Source: Mobula hypostoma | Taxonomy: Eukaryota | Length of the DNA stretch: 64,000 bases | Direction: 5' to 3' | NCBI RefSeq assembly: GCF_963921235.1 | Contig: NC_086108.1 | Span: forward strand, 36,644,001 to 36,708,000 | Part shown: positions 51,977-62,539 of the stretch, piece after piece | How positions within the stretch are numbered: the first letter of the stretch is position 1 | Layout: every line of letters starts with the position of its first letter | Program-made: the position numbers and the translations under genes | The notes under the pieces: generated by a model | Seen by the model: the letters and a program-made list of their open reading frames with translations, nothing else | Told to the model about the DNA's origin: nothing | The model's database searches: none

Positions 51977-53069
51977 TACGAAGGGAAAAAGGGTCATTTG
52001 TCTGTGGGAAAAATTGTTTGTAACTGATTAGATACAATTCAGGCCAGCACGCATTTCCTAATTTTTGCACTTGCTGAGAGAGTTGGGGAACCAAAGCTAC
52101 ATTGAAGGCAGAGCTCTGAAGTTTCTCCTTGAATGCAGACACAATGGAGCAAAAAGGCTGGAGACATGCGTTATATTTTGGAATTTCAATTTCTTGCTCT
52201 CCATTAAACACATTGCTCTAGTCACAACAGGACCTGAATCATGCTATCAATCTCTTTGTGTTCTTCCTGCCATTATCAGTCATGCTGGTCACTCTTAGCC
52301 TCCATTCTCCTACTTGTGTGGTAACTTTTCATACATGTGCCTGTGCAGAATCAGCACCTACTGTTTCGTCCAAACTACATTGCTCACTTATATTTACTTC
52401 CATTCCCTCTTTATCATTGATACATCTATTAACGGTTAATTCCCCAGGTTCCCCTGACTGTACCAACCGTGTCTACAGTGTCTACCACTAAGAAGAACAG
52501 GGGCAATAGCAGGCAGGACCTCTGCCACCCTGTTGAATCTTCTTCAAGTTGCTAACCATCCTGGTCTGGAAATGTACCTTCATTCTTTCATCACTTCTGG
52601 GTCTAAATTCTAGTGTTCCCTAATGAATAGCACCTTGAGTGCACTTTCACTGGAGGAATTACAGTAGTTGAAGAAGCAAGCAACTCACCATCAGCCATTT
52701 GAAGTTCATTTTGGAATCGGCCATAGACATTGGCTTTGCCAGCATTGTTCCTGATTTCAAAAATGTATTAAAATGCACATGTATAAATTATTGGTTGCTT
52801 TATATTAATACCTGTATATTAAATAACACAGAGGGAGTTAAACATGCCCTTTCCATTCAAACAGATGTATATCAGGGATCATCAGTTGACAAACAGAAAC
52901 GAGAAATTCAGGCTAATTGTATTCTTATAAGACAGCCTTGAGATGAGGAGTCTCTCAAACATAATCTCCTTATTGATATTTAAAAGACATTGTTACTTTG
53001 CTCCCTATGTTACACCATTGGAAAATAAATTCATCTAACTTGCCTTGATTCCATGGTATCTAAGTCAGA

Positions 53070-53190
53070 AAGTTATTGGCTCAGGTTCTACTCCAGAGAT
53101 TTGAGCTGACATTCCAGGTCTACAGCGCAGTGGCACACTGAGGGAGTTCTGTACGCTCAGAAGTACAATCTTTCTGATGAGCTGTTAGCA
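53070..53190 (+). mobile_element. Ancient Deu-domain (SacSINE1-like) SINE relic
   Basis: AGTCAGAAAGTT…CTCCAGAGATTTGAGC…CACTGAGGGAG…TCTTTCTGATGAG…GTTA; recognised from memory only. Confidence 0.45.
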
Positions 53191-53627
53191 TTAGCACTTG
53201 CCAGCTTTCTTGCATGAAAGTAAACGATTCCATGTTACAATTAAAATAAAGACCATACGAGTTGTTGCTGGTTTGCGTCAGCTAATTTCATTGAAACAAA
53301 TCTGTTTAGGAATTCAATTATATCGGGTTGTTCTGTTTTCAACAATACGTAATTCAAAATCTATTTTCATGGTAAGAACTATCTAGGTTTTATTTAGCAT
53401 TTGACTGGATACACAATTTCTTTACCAGATACTGAATGGAAAATAACATTATCTTTTTAGTGCAACCATCATCAGTTTTCACAGTGCAAAGTCAATAAAT
53501 TCCTTATTTAACTTTTATCAGACTGACAACCCCATACCACCCCTGCAGTGACCTGCCTCTGTGATCCCAGTGTTGCTGCTGGCCCTGTGGCCTCCTGAGA
53601 GAGGCTGGCTTGCCGATTGACTGATGA

Positions 53628-53726
53628 TGAGTCCTGACGAAGGGTCTCGGCCCGAAACGTCGACTGTACCTCTTCCTAGAGATGCTGCCTGGCCTGCTGC
53701 GTTCACCAGCAACTTTGATGTGTGCG
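53628..53726 (+). mobile_element. 99-bp solo Penelope hammerhead plus tail insertion
   Basis: 13-bp TSD GATTGACTGATGA (53615-53627 and 53727-53739); 53630-53724 matches 58275-58369 except one base. Confidence 0.9.
53630..53665 (+). ncRNA. Minimal type I hammerhead ribozyme, intact core
   Basis: AGUC-CUGACGA-A-GGGU-CUCG-GCCC-GAAAC-GUC-GACU: stem I AGUC/GACU, stem II GGGU/GCCC, palindromic ACGU stem III, predicted GUC cleavage after 53661. Confidence 0.85.
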
Positions 53727-54518
53727 GATTGACTGATGAGATGGTTTAGTGAACCTGCCTTTGTGTGTTTAGGCTAAGTTTTGAGAGAGACAATTAAATG
53801 GCAACCTCATTGGTGATGGCAGCATAAAGTACAAAGGAATTGCAAATAGTTACTGCTGTACATAAGCCTGGAATAGATCAATATGGTTAAATGGAAATAA
53901 AGAAATAAATCTTCCCTGATGAGTTATAAAGCATGAACATCGGAGTCGAATTAGGCCATTCAGCCCATTGTGGCTGCTCCACCATTCCTTCAATGCTGAT
54001 TTATTTTCCCTCTCAACCCCATTTTCCTGCCTTCTCCCTGTATTCTTTGACATCCTGACTAATCAAGAATCTATCAAACTTTGCTTTAAATATAACGTAA
54101 TGACTTAGCCTCTACAACTGTCTGTGGTAATGAAATCCAAAGATTCATTAACTTCTAGCTAAGGAAATTCCTCCTCACCTCTGTTCAAAATGGATGCCCC
54201 TCCTTTCTGAGGTTACACCATCAGGTCCTAAACTCCTCCAGTACAGGATCATCCTCTCCACATCCACTCCATCTAGGCCTTTAAATATTTGATCGGTTTC
54301 AATAAGATCCCCTCTCATTCTTCTCAACTCCAGTGAATACAGGCCCAGAGCCATCAAATGAGCCTCATGCAATAACCCTTTCACTCCTTGAATCATTCTT
54401 GTGAACTTCCTCTGGACCTTCTTCAATGCCAGCATATCTTTTCCTAGATAAGTGGCTCAAAACACCGCACTATATTCCAAGTGTGGTCTGACCAATGCCT
54501 TATAAAGCCTCAACATTA

Positions 54519-55350
54519 TCAAGGGTGGAGCGAAGTGATGATGGCACTAAACGCAACACCTTTGCTTGCATCTTCGGAAACAGCTCTATCTCTATCTTTG
54601 ACATCTCTTTTTTTTTCCCTTTTCAAGGTTCTTTTGAAGACGCAGACCTGGAGTTACACTCTGACTTCAGTTCTTTGTGGGAATGGGACCCCCTTTCAGG
54701 GCCTCACGACTGGTCGCTTCTTGATATTCCAAGGATGTGGCCTGGAAGACTAGTGCACCTGCAGGGTACCAGATTTTCGTGGCTCTGGAGATAGGCTGAT
54801 TCAAGGCCAGTGCCCCTGACTGAGGCATCATGGGAGAACACGGAACATCGGGAGCTGCAGGTTAACTGCCGTGGGCTGTGTGTCCAGAGACCTGAGCCTT
54901 TTTGGGGCTGTCTCTCTGGGCGCGGAGTTCAGAAAAAGTGATGCAACAGACTTTCAACATCGTAAATCAGCAAGTTGTTTGTCATGCCTCCCCTCTCGCT
55001 GTGAAACGGGGACGCCTCTTTTTCCTTATTAGGGAGAGAGAGAGCCTGTGGTATGTTGAATTACTTGATGAATGAGTAGTCTTTGGGGTACTGCAAGCCT
55101 GTATCTTTATTGATGCTTTGCTGCACACTTGAGTGCTCAGTGGGGGCTGTCGATGCTTTTTTGCTGATGGGAGGGGTGGTCGTTACCTTGCTACTACTTG
55201 TGCATGGGGAGGAGCTGGGGTTCTAACATTTAAGTCATTCATTCTTTGGGGCACTTCTCTGTTTTCATGGATGTTTATGAAGAAAAAGAATTCAGGATGT
55301 ATATTGTATACATTTCCCTGACATTAAATGTACCTACTGAAATCTACTGA
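54519..55350 (+). mobile_element. Non-autonomous retroelement family C (about 830 bp, apparently full length)
   Basis: 7-bp TSD AACATTA (54512-54518 and 55351-55357); ends ATTAAA…(CTACTGAAA)2; no credible ORF; partial copy at 18235-18670. Confidence 0.8.
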
Positions 55351-55918
55351 AACATTACATCCTTGCTCTTATATTCTAGTCCATTTGAAATAAATGCTAA
55401 CATTACATTTGCTGTCCTTACTAATGTCTCAATCTGCAAGTTAACCTTCGGGGAATCCAGCAAAAGAACTCCCAAATTCCTTTGCACCTCTGTATTTTTT
55501 AAATTTTCTACCCATTTAGGATCTAGTCTATGCCTTTATTCTTTCTATTGAAGTGCATGACTATACACTTCCTTACACTATATTCCATCTGCCACTTCTT
55601 TGCCCATTCTCTTAATCTGTTTGTCAATCTGCAACGTAAGTCCTTCCTCATCACCACACACCCCTTCACCTATTTTTGTATCATTTGCCAACTTGGCCAC
55701 TAAGCTATCAACTCTGTCATCCAAATCATTGACATAAAGTCTAACGTGAAAAGTAGTGAACCCAGCAGAAACCACTAGTTAATGGCAGCCAGCCAGAATT
55801 GGCCCCATTTATTCCAACTTTCTACCTGCTGCCAGTCAGCCCATCTTCTATCCACGCTACACACATCAAAGTTGCTGGTGAACGCAGCAGGCCAGGCAGC
55901 ATCTCTAGGAAGAGGTGC

Positions 55919-55954
55919 AGTTGATGTTTCAGGCCGAGACCCTTCGTCAGGACT
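55919..55954 (-). ncRNA. Minimal hammerhead, partly decayed
   Basis: AGUC-CUGACGA-AGGGUCUCGGCCU-GAAAC-AUC-AACU; two CpG-type changes in stems I and III. Confidence 0.7.
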
Positions 55955-56244
55955 AACTGAAGGAAGAGTGAGTAAGGGATTTGAAAGTTGGAGGGGGAGG
56001 GAGAGATCCAAAATGATAGGAGGAGACAGGAGGGGGAGGGATGGAGCCAAGAGCTGGACAGGTGATTGGCAAAAGGGATATGAGAGGATCATGGGACAGG
56101 AGGTCCGGGAAGAAAGACAAGGGGGGGGCCCAAAGGATGGGCAAGGGGTATATTCAGAGGGACAGAGGGAGAAAAAGGAGAGTGAGAGAAAGAACCTGTG
56201 TATAAAAATAAGTAACAGATGGGGTACGAGGGGGAGGTGGGGCA

Positions 56245-57205
56245 TTAGCGGAAATTAGAGAAGTCGATGTTCATGCCATCAGGTTGGAGGCTACCCAGAC
56301 GGAATATAAGGTGTTGTTCCTCCAACCTGAGTGTGGCTTCATCTTTATAGTAGAGGAGGCCGTGGATAGACATGTCAGAATGGGAATGGGATGTGGAATT
56401 AAAATGTGTGGCCACTGAGAGATCTTGCTTTCTCTGGCGGACAGAGCGTAGGTGTTCAACAAAGCGGTCTCCCAGTCTGCGTCGGGTCTCGCTAATATAT
56501 AAAAGGCCACATCGGGAGCACCGGACGCAGTATATCACCCCAGCCGACTCACAGGTGAAGTGTTGCCTCACCTGGAAGGACTGTTTGGGGCCCTGAATGG
56601 TGGTAAGGGAGGAAGTGTAAGGGCATGTGTAGCACTTGTTCCGCTTACACGGATAAGTGCCAGGAGGGAGATCAGTGGGGAGGGATGGGGGGGACGAATG
56701 GACAAGGGAGTCGCGTAGGGAGCGATCCCTGCGGAAAGCAGGGGGGGGGGAGGGAAAGATGTGCTTAGTGGTGGGATCCCGTTGGAGGTGGCGGAAGTTA
56801 TGGAGAATAATATGTTGGACCCGGAGGCTGGTGGGTTGGTAGGTGAGGACCAGGGGAACCCTATTCCTAGTGGGGTGGCGGGAGGATGGAGTGAGAGCAG
56901 ATGTACGTGAAATGGGGGAGATGTGTTTAAGAGCAGAGTTGATAGTGGAGGAAGGCAAGCCTTTTCTTTAAAAAAGGAAGACATCTCCCTCGTCCTAGAA
57001 TGAAAAGCCTCATCCTGAGAGCAGATGCGGCGGAGACGGAGGAATTGCGAGAAGGGGATGGTGTTTTTGCAAGAGACAGGGTGAGAAGAGGAATAGTCCA
57101 GATAGCTGTGAGAGTCAGTAGGCTTATAGTAGATATCAGTGGGTAAGCTGTCTCCAGAGACAGAGACAGAAAGATCTAGAAAGGGGAGGGAGGTGTCGGA
57201 AATGT
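56245..57205 (-). pseudogene. Penelope polyprotein C-terminus: RT end, Cys-rich linker and GIY-YIG endonuclease (one frameshift near 56960)
   Basis: LPFLDL…YYKPTDSHSYLDYSSSHP…IPFSQFLRLRRICS; CKRNKCYTC; GVIYCVRCSRCGLLYISETRRRLGDRFVEH…QPDGMN. Confidence 0.92.
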
Positions 57206-57320
57206 TCTTAAACACATCTCCCCCATTTCACGTATCTTAAACTCATCTCCCCCATTTCACGTCTTACAAACATCTCCCCCATTTCACGTATCTTAAACGC
57301 ATCTCCCCCATTTCACATAC
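57206..57320 (+). repeat. Four tandem 27-29-bp copies of TCTTAAACACATCTCCCCCATTTCACGTA at the inversion junction
   Basis: Units start at 57206, 57235, 57262 and 57291; single copy in the opposite arm near 56904-56932. Confidence 0.9.
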
Positions 57321-58274
57321 ATCTGCTCTCACTCCATCCTCCCACCACCCCACTAAGAATAGGGTTCCCCTGGTCCTCACCTACCACCCCACCAGCCTCC
57401 GGGTCCAACATATTATTCTCTGTAACTTCTGCCACCTCCAATGGGATACCACCACTAAGCACATCTTTCCCTCCCCCCCCTCTCTGCTTTCCGCAGGGAT
57501 CGCTCCCTACGCGACTTCCTTGTCCATTCGTCCCCCCCATCCCTCCCCACTGATCTCCCTCCTGGCACTTATCTGTGTAAGCGGAACAAGTGCTACACAT
57601 GCCCTTACACTTCCTCCCTTACCACCATTCAGGGCCCCAAACAGTCCTTCCAGGTGAGGCAACACTTCACCTGTGAGTCGGCTGGGGTGATATACTGCGT
57701 CCGGTGCACCTGATGTGGCCTTTTATATATTGGCGAGACCCAACGCAGACTGGGAGACCGCTTTGCTGAACACCTACGCTCTGTCCGCCAGAGAAAGCAG
57801 GATCTCCCAGTGCCCACACATTTTAATTCCACATCCCATTCCCATTCTGACATGTCTATCCACGGCCTCCTCTACTGTAAAGTTGAAGCCACACTCAGGT
57901 TGGAGGAACAACACTTTATATTCCGTCTGGGTAGCCTCTAACCTGATGACATGAACATCGACTCCTCTAACTTCAGCTAATGCCCCACCTCCTCCTCGTA
58001 CCCCATCTGTTACTTATTTTTATACACACATTCTTTCTCTCACTCTCCTTTTTCTCCCTCTGTCCCTCTGAATATACCCCTTGCCCATCCTCTGGGTCCG
58101 CCCCCCCCTTGTCTTTCTTCCCGGACCTCCTGTCCCATGATCCTCTCATATCCCTTTTGTCTATCACCTGTCCAGCTCTTGGCTCCATCCCCCCCCCCTC
58201 CTGTCTTCTCCTATCATTTTGATCTCCCCCTCCCCCTCCAGCTTTCAAATCCCTTACTCACTCTTCCTTCAGTT

Positions 58275-58310
58275 AGTCCTGACGAAGGGTCTCGGCCTGA
58301 AACGTCGACT
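58275..58310 (+). ncRNA. Minimal type I hammerhead ribozyme, core intact
   Basis: AGUC-CUGACGA-AGGGUCUCGGCCU-GAAAC-GUC-GACU. Confidence 0.82.
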
Positions 58311-58709
58311 GTACCTCTTCCTAGAGATGCTGCCTGGCCTGCTGCGTTCACCAGCAACTTTGATGTGTGTTGCATGAATTTCCAGCATCTGCAGAATTCC
58401 TGTTGTTTGCGTTCTAGGTACGCTAGTATCTTTCCAGTAATACCATGGGCTCTTCACTTGTTTAGCAGCTTATGTGCTGCATCTTGTCAAAAGCCTTCTG
58501 GAAATCCAAGTGCTTTTCGTGGCTGTTGTTTCCTCAAAGAATTCCAACAGATTTGTCGGGCAAGATTTCACGGTAAGGAAACCATGCTGAGCTTGGCCTG
58601 TTTTATCATGTGCCTCCAAGTACCCCTTAATAATGGACTCCAGTAATCTTCCCAATCACTGAAGTCAGGCTAACTGGTCTGTAATTTCCTGTCTTGCCTT
58701 CCTCTCTAA

Positions 58710-61395
58710 ACCTAGAAACATTGAAAACCTACAGCACAATACAGGCCCTTTGGCCCACAAAGTTGTGCCGAACATGTCCCTATCTTAGAAATTACTAGGC
58801 TTACCCATAGCCCTATTTTTTTCTAAGATCCGTGTACCTATCCAAAAGACTCTTAAAAGACCCTGTCGGATCCACACCACCACCTTCGCCGGCAGCCCAT
58901 TCCATGCACTCACCACTCTCTGCGTAAAAAACTTACCCCTGACATCTCCTCTGTACCTATTTCCAAGCACCTTAAAACTGTGCCCTCTTGTGATAGCCAT
59001 TTCAACCCTGGGAAAAAGCCTCTGACTATCCACACGATCAATGCCTCTCATCATCTTATATATCTCTATCAGGTTACCTTTCATCATCTGTCGCTCCAAG
59101 GAGAAAAGGCCAAGTTCACTCAACCTATTCATGTAACGCATGCTCCCCAGTCCAGTCAACATCCTTCTAAATCTCCTCTGCACCCTTTCTATAGTTTCCA
59201 AATCTTTCCTGTAGTGAGGTGACCAGAACTGAGCACAGTACTCCAAGTGGGGTCTAAACAGGGTCTTATATAGCTGTAACATTACCTCTAGGCTCTTAAA
59301 CTCAATCCCATGGTTGATGAAGGTCAATGCACTGTATGCCTTCTTAATCACAGAGTCAACCTGCACAGCAGCTTTGAGTGTCCTATGGACTAGGACTCCA
59401 AGATCCCTCTGATCCTCCACACTGCCAAAAGTCTTACCATTAATGCTATATTCTGCCATCATAGTTGAACTATCAAAATGAACCACCTCACACTTAACTG
59501 GGTTGAACTCCATCTGCCACTTCTCAGCCCAGTTTTGCATCCTATCTATATCCCACTGTAAACTCTGACAGCCCTCCACACTATTCACAACACCCCCAAC
59601 CTTTGTGTCATCAGCAAATTTACTAACCCATCCCTCCACTTCCTCATCCAGGTCAATTATAAAAATCACGAAGAGAAAGGGTCCCAGAACATATCCCTGA
59701 GACACACCACTGGTCACCGACCTCCATGCAGAATATGACCTGTCTACAACCACTCTTTGCCTTCTGTGGACAATCCAATTCTGGATCCACAAAGCAAGGT
59801 CCCCTTGGATCCTATGCCTCTTTACTTTCTCAATAAGCCTTGCACGGGGTACCTTATCAAATGCCTTGCTGAAATCCACATACACTGCATCTATCTTCAT
59901 CAATGTGTTTAGTCATGTCCTCAAAAAATTCGATCAGGCTCGTAAGGCACAATCTGACTTTGACAAAGCCATGCTGACTATTTCTAATCATTTTATGCCT
60001 CCCCAAATGTTCACAAATCCTGCCTCTCAGGATCTTTTCCATCAACTTATCAACCACTGAAGTGCAACTCACTAGTCTATAATTTCCTGGGCTATCTCTA
60101 CTCCCTTTCTTGAATAAGAGAAAAACATCGGCAACCCTCCAATCCTCCAGAACCTCCCCCATCTCCACTGATGATGCAAAGATCATTGCCAGAGGCTCAG
60201 CAATTTCCTCCCTCGCCTGCCACAGTAGCCTAGGGTATATCTCATCCGGTCCAGGAGACTTATCCAACTTGATGTTTTCCAAAAGCTCCAGCACATTCTC
60301 TTTCTTAATGTTTATATGCGCAAGCTTTTCAATCCACCGTAAGTCATCTCTACAATCGCCAAGATCCTTTTCTATAGTGAATACTGAAGCAAAGTATTCT
60401 TTAAGTACCTCAGCTATCTCCTCCAGTTCCATACATACTTTACCACTGTCACACTTGATTGCACTTGTTCTCTCACGTCTTATCCTCCTTCTCTTCACAT
60501 TCTTGTAGAATGCCTTGGGGTTTTCTTTAATCTTATCTGCCAAGGCCTTCTCATGGCCCCTTCTGGCTCTCCTAATTTCATTCTTAAGCTCCTTCCTGCT
60601 AGCCTTACAATCTTCTAGATCTCTATCATTACCCAGTTTTTTGAATCTTTCGTAAGCTTTTCTTTTCTTCTTGACTAGATTTTCAACAGCCTTTGTACAC
60701 CATGGTTCCTGTACCCTACCATCCTTTCCTTGTCTCATTGGAACGTACCTGTGCAGAACTCCACACAAATATCCCCTGAACATTTGCCACATTTCTGCTG
60801 TACATTCCCAATTTATGCTTCCAAGTCCCTGCCTGATGGTTTCACATTTCCCCTTACTCCAATTAAATGTTTCCCTAACTTGTCTGTTCTATCCCTCTCC
60901 AATGCTATGATAAAGGAGATAGAATTGTGATCACTATCTCCAAAATGCTCTCCCACTGAGAGACCTGACACCTGACCAGGTTAATTTCCCAATACCAGAT
61001 CAAGTACAGCCTCTCCTCTTGTAGGCTTATCTACATATTGTGTCAGGAAACCTTCCTGAACACACCTAACAAAGTCTACCCCATCTAAAGCCCTTGCTCT
61101 AGGAAGATGCCAATCAATATTTAGGAAATTAAAATCTTCCACCAGACCAACCCTGTTATTATTACACCTTTCCAGAATCCGTCTCCCTATCTGCTCCTTG
61201 ATGTCCGTGTTACTATTGGGTGGTCCATGAAAAACACCCAGTAGAGTTATTGACACCTTCCTGTTTCTAACTTCCACCCACAGAGACTCAGTCAACAATC
61301 CCTCCATGACTTTCTCCTATTCTGCAGCCGTGACACTATCTCTGATCAGCACTGCCATGCCCCCCACCTCTTTTACCTTCCTCTCTGTCATCTCT
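58710..61395 (-). mobile_element. CR1 LINE of a different subfamily, part of the endonuclease through RT to the 3' tail
   Basis: ORFs 60981-61307 (ESLWVE, EDFNF, PTRGEAVLDLVLGN), 59857-60792 and 58785-59903 (DFSKAFDKVP, FADDTK). Confidence 0.94.
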
Positions 61396-61994
61396 GTCAT
61401 CTAATGCCTGGCTTTTCACAAAAGACTGATTCATTATGCAATAGCATTGTATCATTATACAACTGGAATAAAAGAATAAAGTAACAGAAAATGTATACTT
61501 TACAAAATAAACAAATGTGAATTTGATAGCTGCAATAACACCAATTTCTTAAACCTTTTAGATACAGGAGTACCGATAACAATTTGCTCAAATAAAAGGA
61601 AAATAAAAAATCAACATAATCTAGATTCAGTGCTCAGAAATGATTTTGGTAATAGTTCTCACATTAAAAGTAACTTACATGCAGAAAATGAGAACAAATA
61701 TAAAATAATTTAGAAATAAGCCAATGGCAAGGAAGTGACCCAAGGCTTCTGTTGATCATGGTTTGAACAGTTCTTCACTGGCGTTTTCACTTAAACAGGA
61801 AAAGCAGCCTTACCATTTTCTAAGTGTTGCACTGCCATAACAAAACTGAATTGGCTTCACATTATTGAATGTATCTCTCAGCCCATCCAAGCTGATGACC
61901 TGCAAGCAACCTCAAACTGAAGTCTATATATATAATTTTGAGCACCTGAGAGTCTTAAAATATTGGCTCTTCTGAATGAGTGGACTGACATTTG

Positions 61995-62532
61995 CAAATT
62001 TCTAGTCCTCCGGGACCATTCCAGAATCTAGCGATTCTTTTAAGATCATTACTAATACGTCCTCTGTCTCCTCAGCTACCTCTTTTAAAATGCTGGGGTG
62101 TAATCCATCAAGTCCAGTGACTTATCTACCCTCAGGCTTTTCAGCTTCCCAAGCACCTTTTCCTTTGAAATAGCAGCTACACTCACTTTTGACCATGACA
62201 CTCTCGAATTTCTGGCATACTGTTGGTGCCTTCCACAGTAAAGACTGATGCAAAACACTTATTAAGTTTGTCTGCCATTTCTTTGTCCCCTATTATTACC
62301 TCAACAGCCAATGTCTTCTCTTGCCTGTCCTTTATTTTTCATATCTCAGATAAAAGCTTTTGGTGTCCGCTTTTATATTATTGGCTAGCTTACCTTCATA
62401 TTTCATCTTTTCTGTCCTTACGGCTTTTTTAGTTGCATACTGTTGGTTTTTAAAAGCTTTTGAATCCTCTAATTTCCTACGAATTTTTACTATATTATAT
62501 GCCCTGCCTTTTCCTTTTATGCTGTCTTTGAG
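61995..62532 (-). mobile_element. CR1 fragment, probably the upstream continuation of 53930-58705
   Basis: KMKYEGKLANNIKADTKSF; CCAGAATCTAG…GATCATTACTAAT region as in other CR1 copies. Confidence 0.7.
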
Positions 62533-62539
62533 TTGCGAG

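Larger units (their letters stand above)
55860..58419. mobile_element. Young Penelope-like (Neptune-type) insertion with head-to-head inverted arms (minus 55860-57205, plus 57206-58419)
   Basis: 6-bp TSD ACGCTA (55854-55859 and 58420-58425); about 1.1 kb inverted homology; hammerhead near each outer end. Confidence 0.93.
53930..58705 (-). mobile_element. CR1 LINE split by two nested insertions (segments 53930-54518, 55351-55859, 58420-58705)
   Basis: ORF pieces 54175-54435, 55578-55775 and 58470-58655 carry CR1 motifs; sequence is continuous across the TSDs. Confidence 0.85.

Noticed and set aside
55775..56258. Overlapping 156-158-aa ORFs on both strands
   Set aside because: Low-complexity purine/pyrimidine-biased Penelope 3' region that is poor in stop codons; same for 57973-58646.
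57206..57320. CRISPR-like array of about 28-bp repeats
   Set aside because: No spacers, the unit is Penelope coding sequence, the context is eukaryotic and no cas genes are present.
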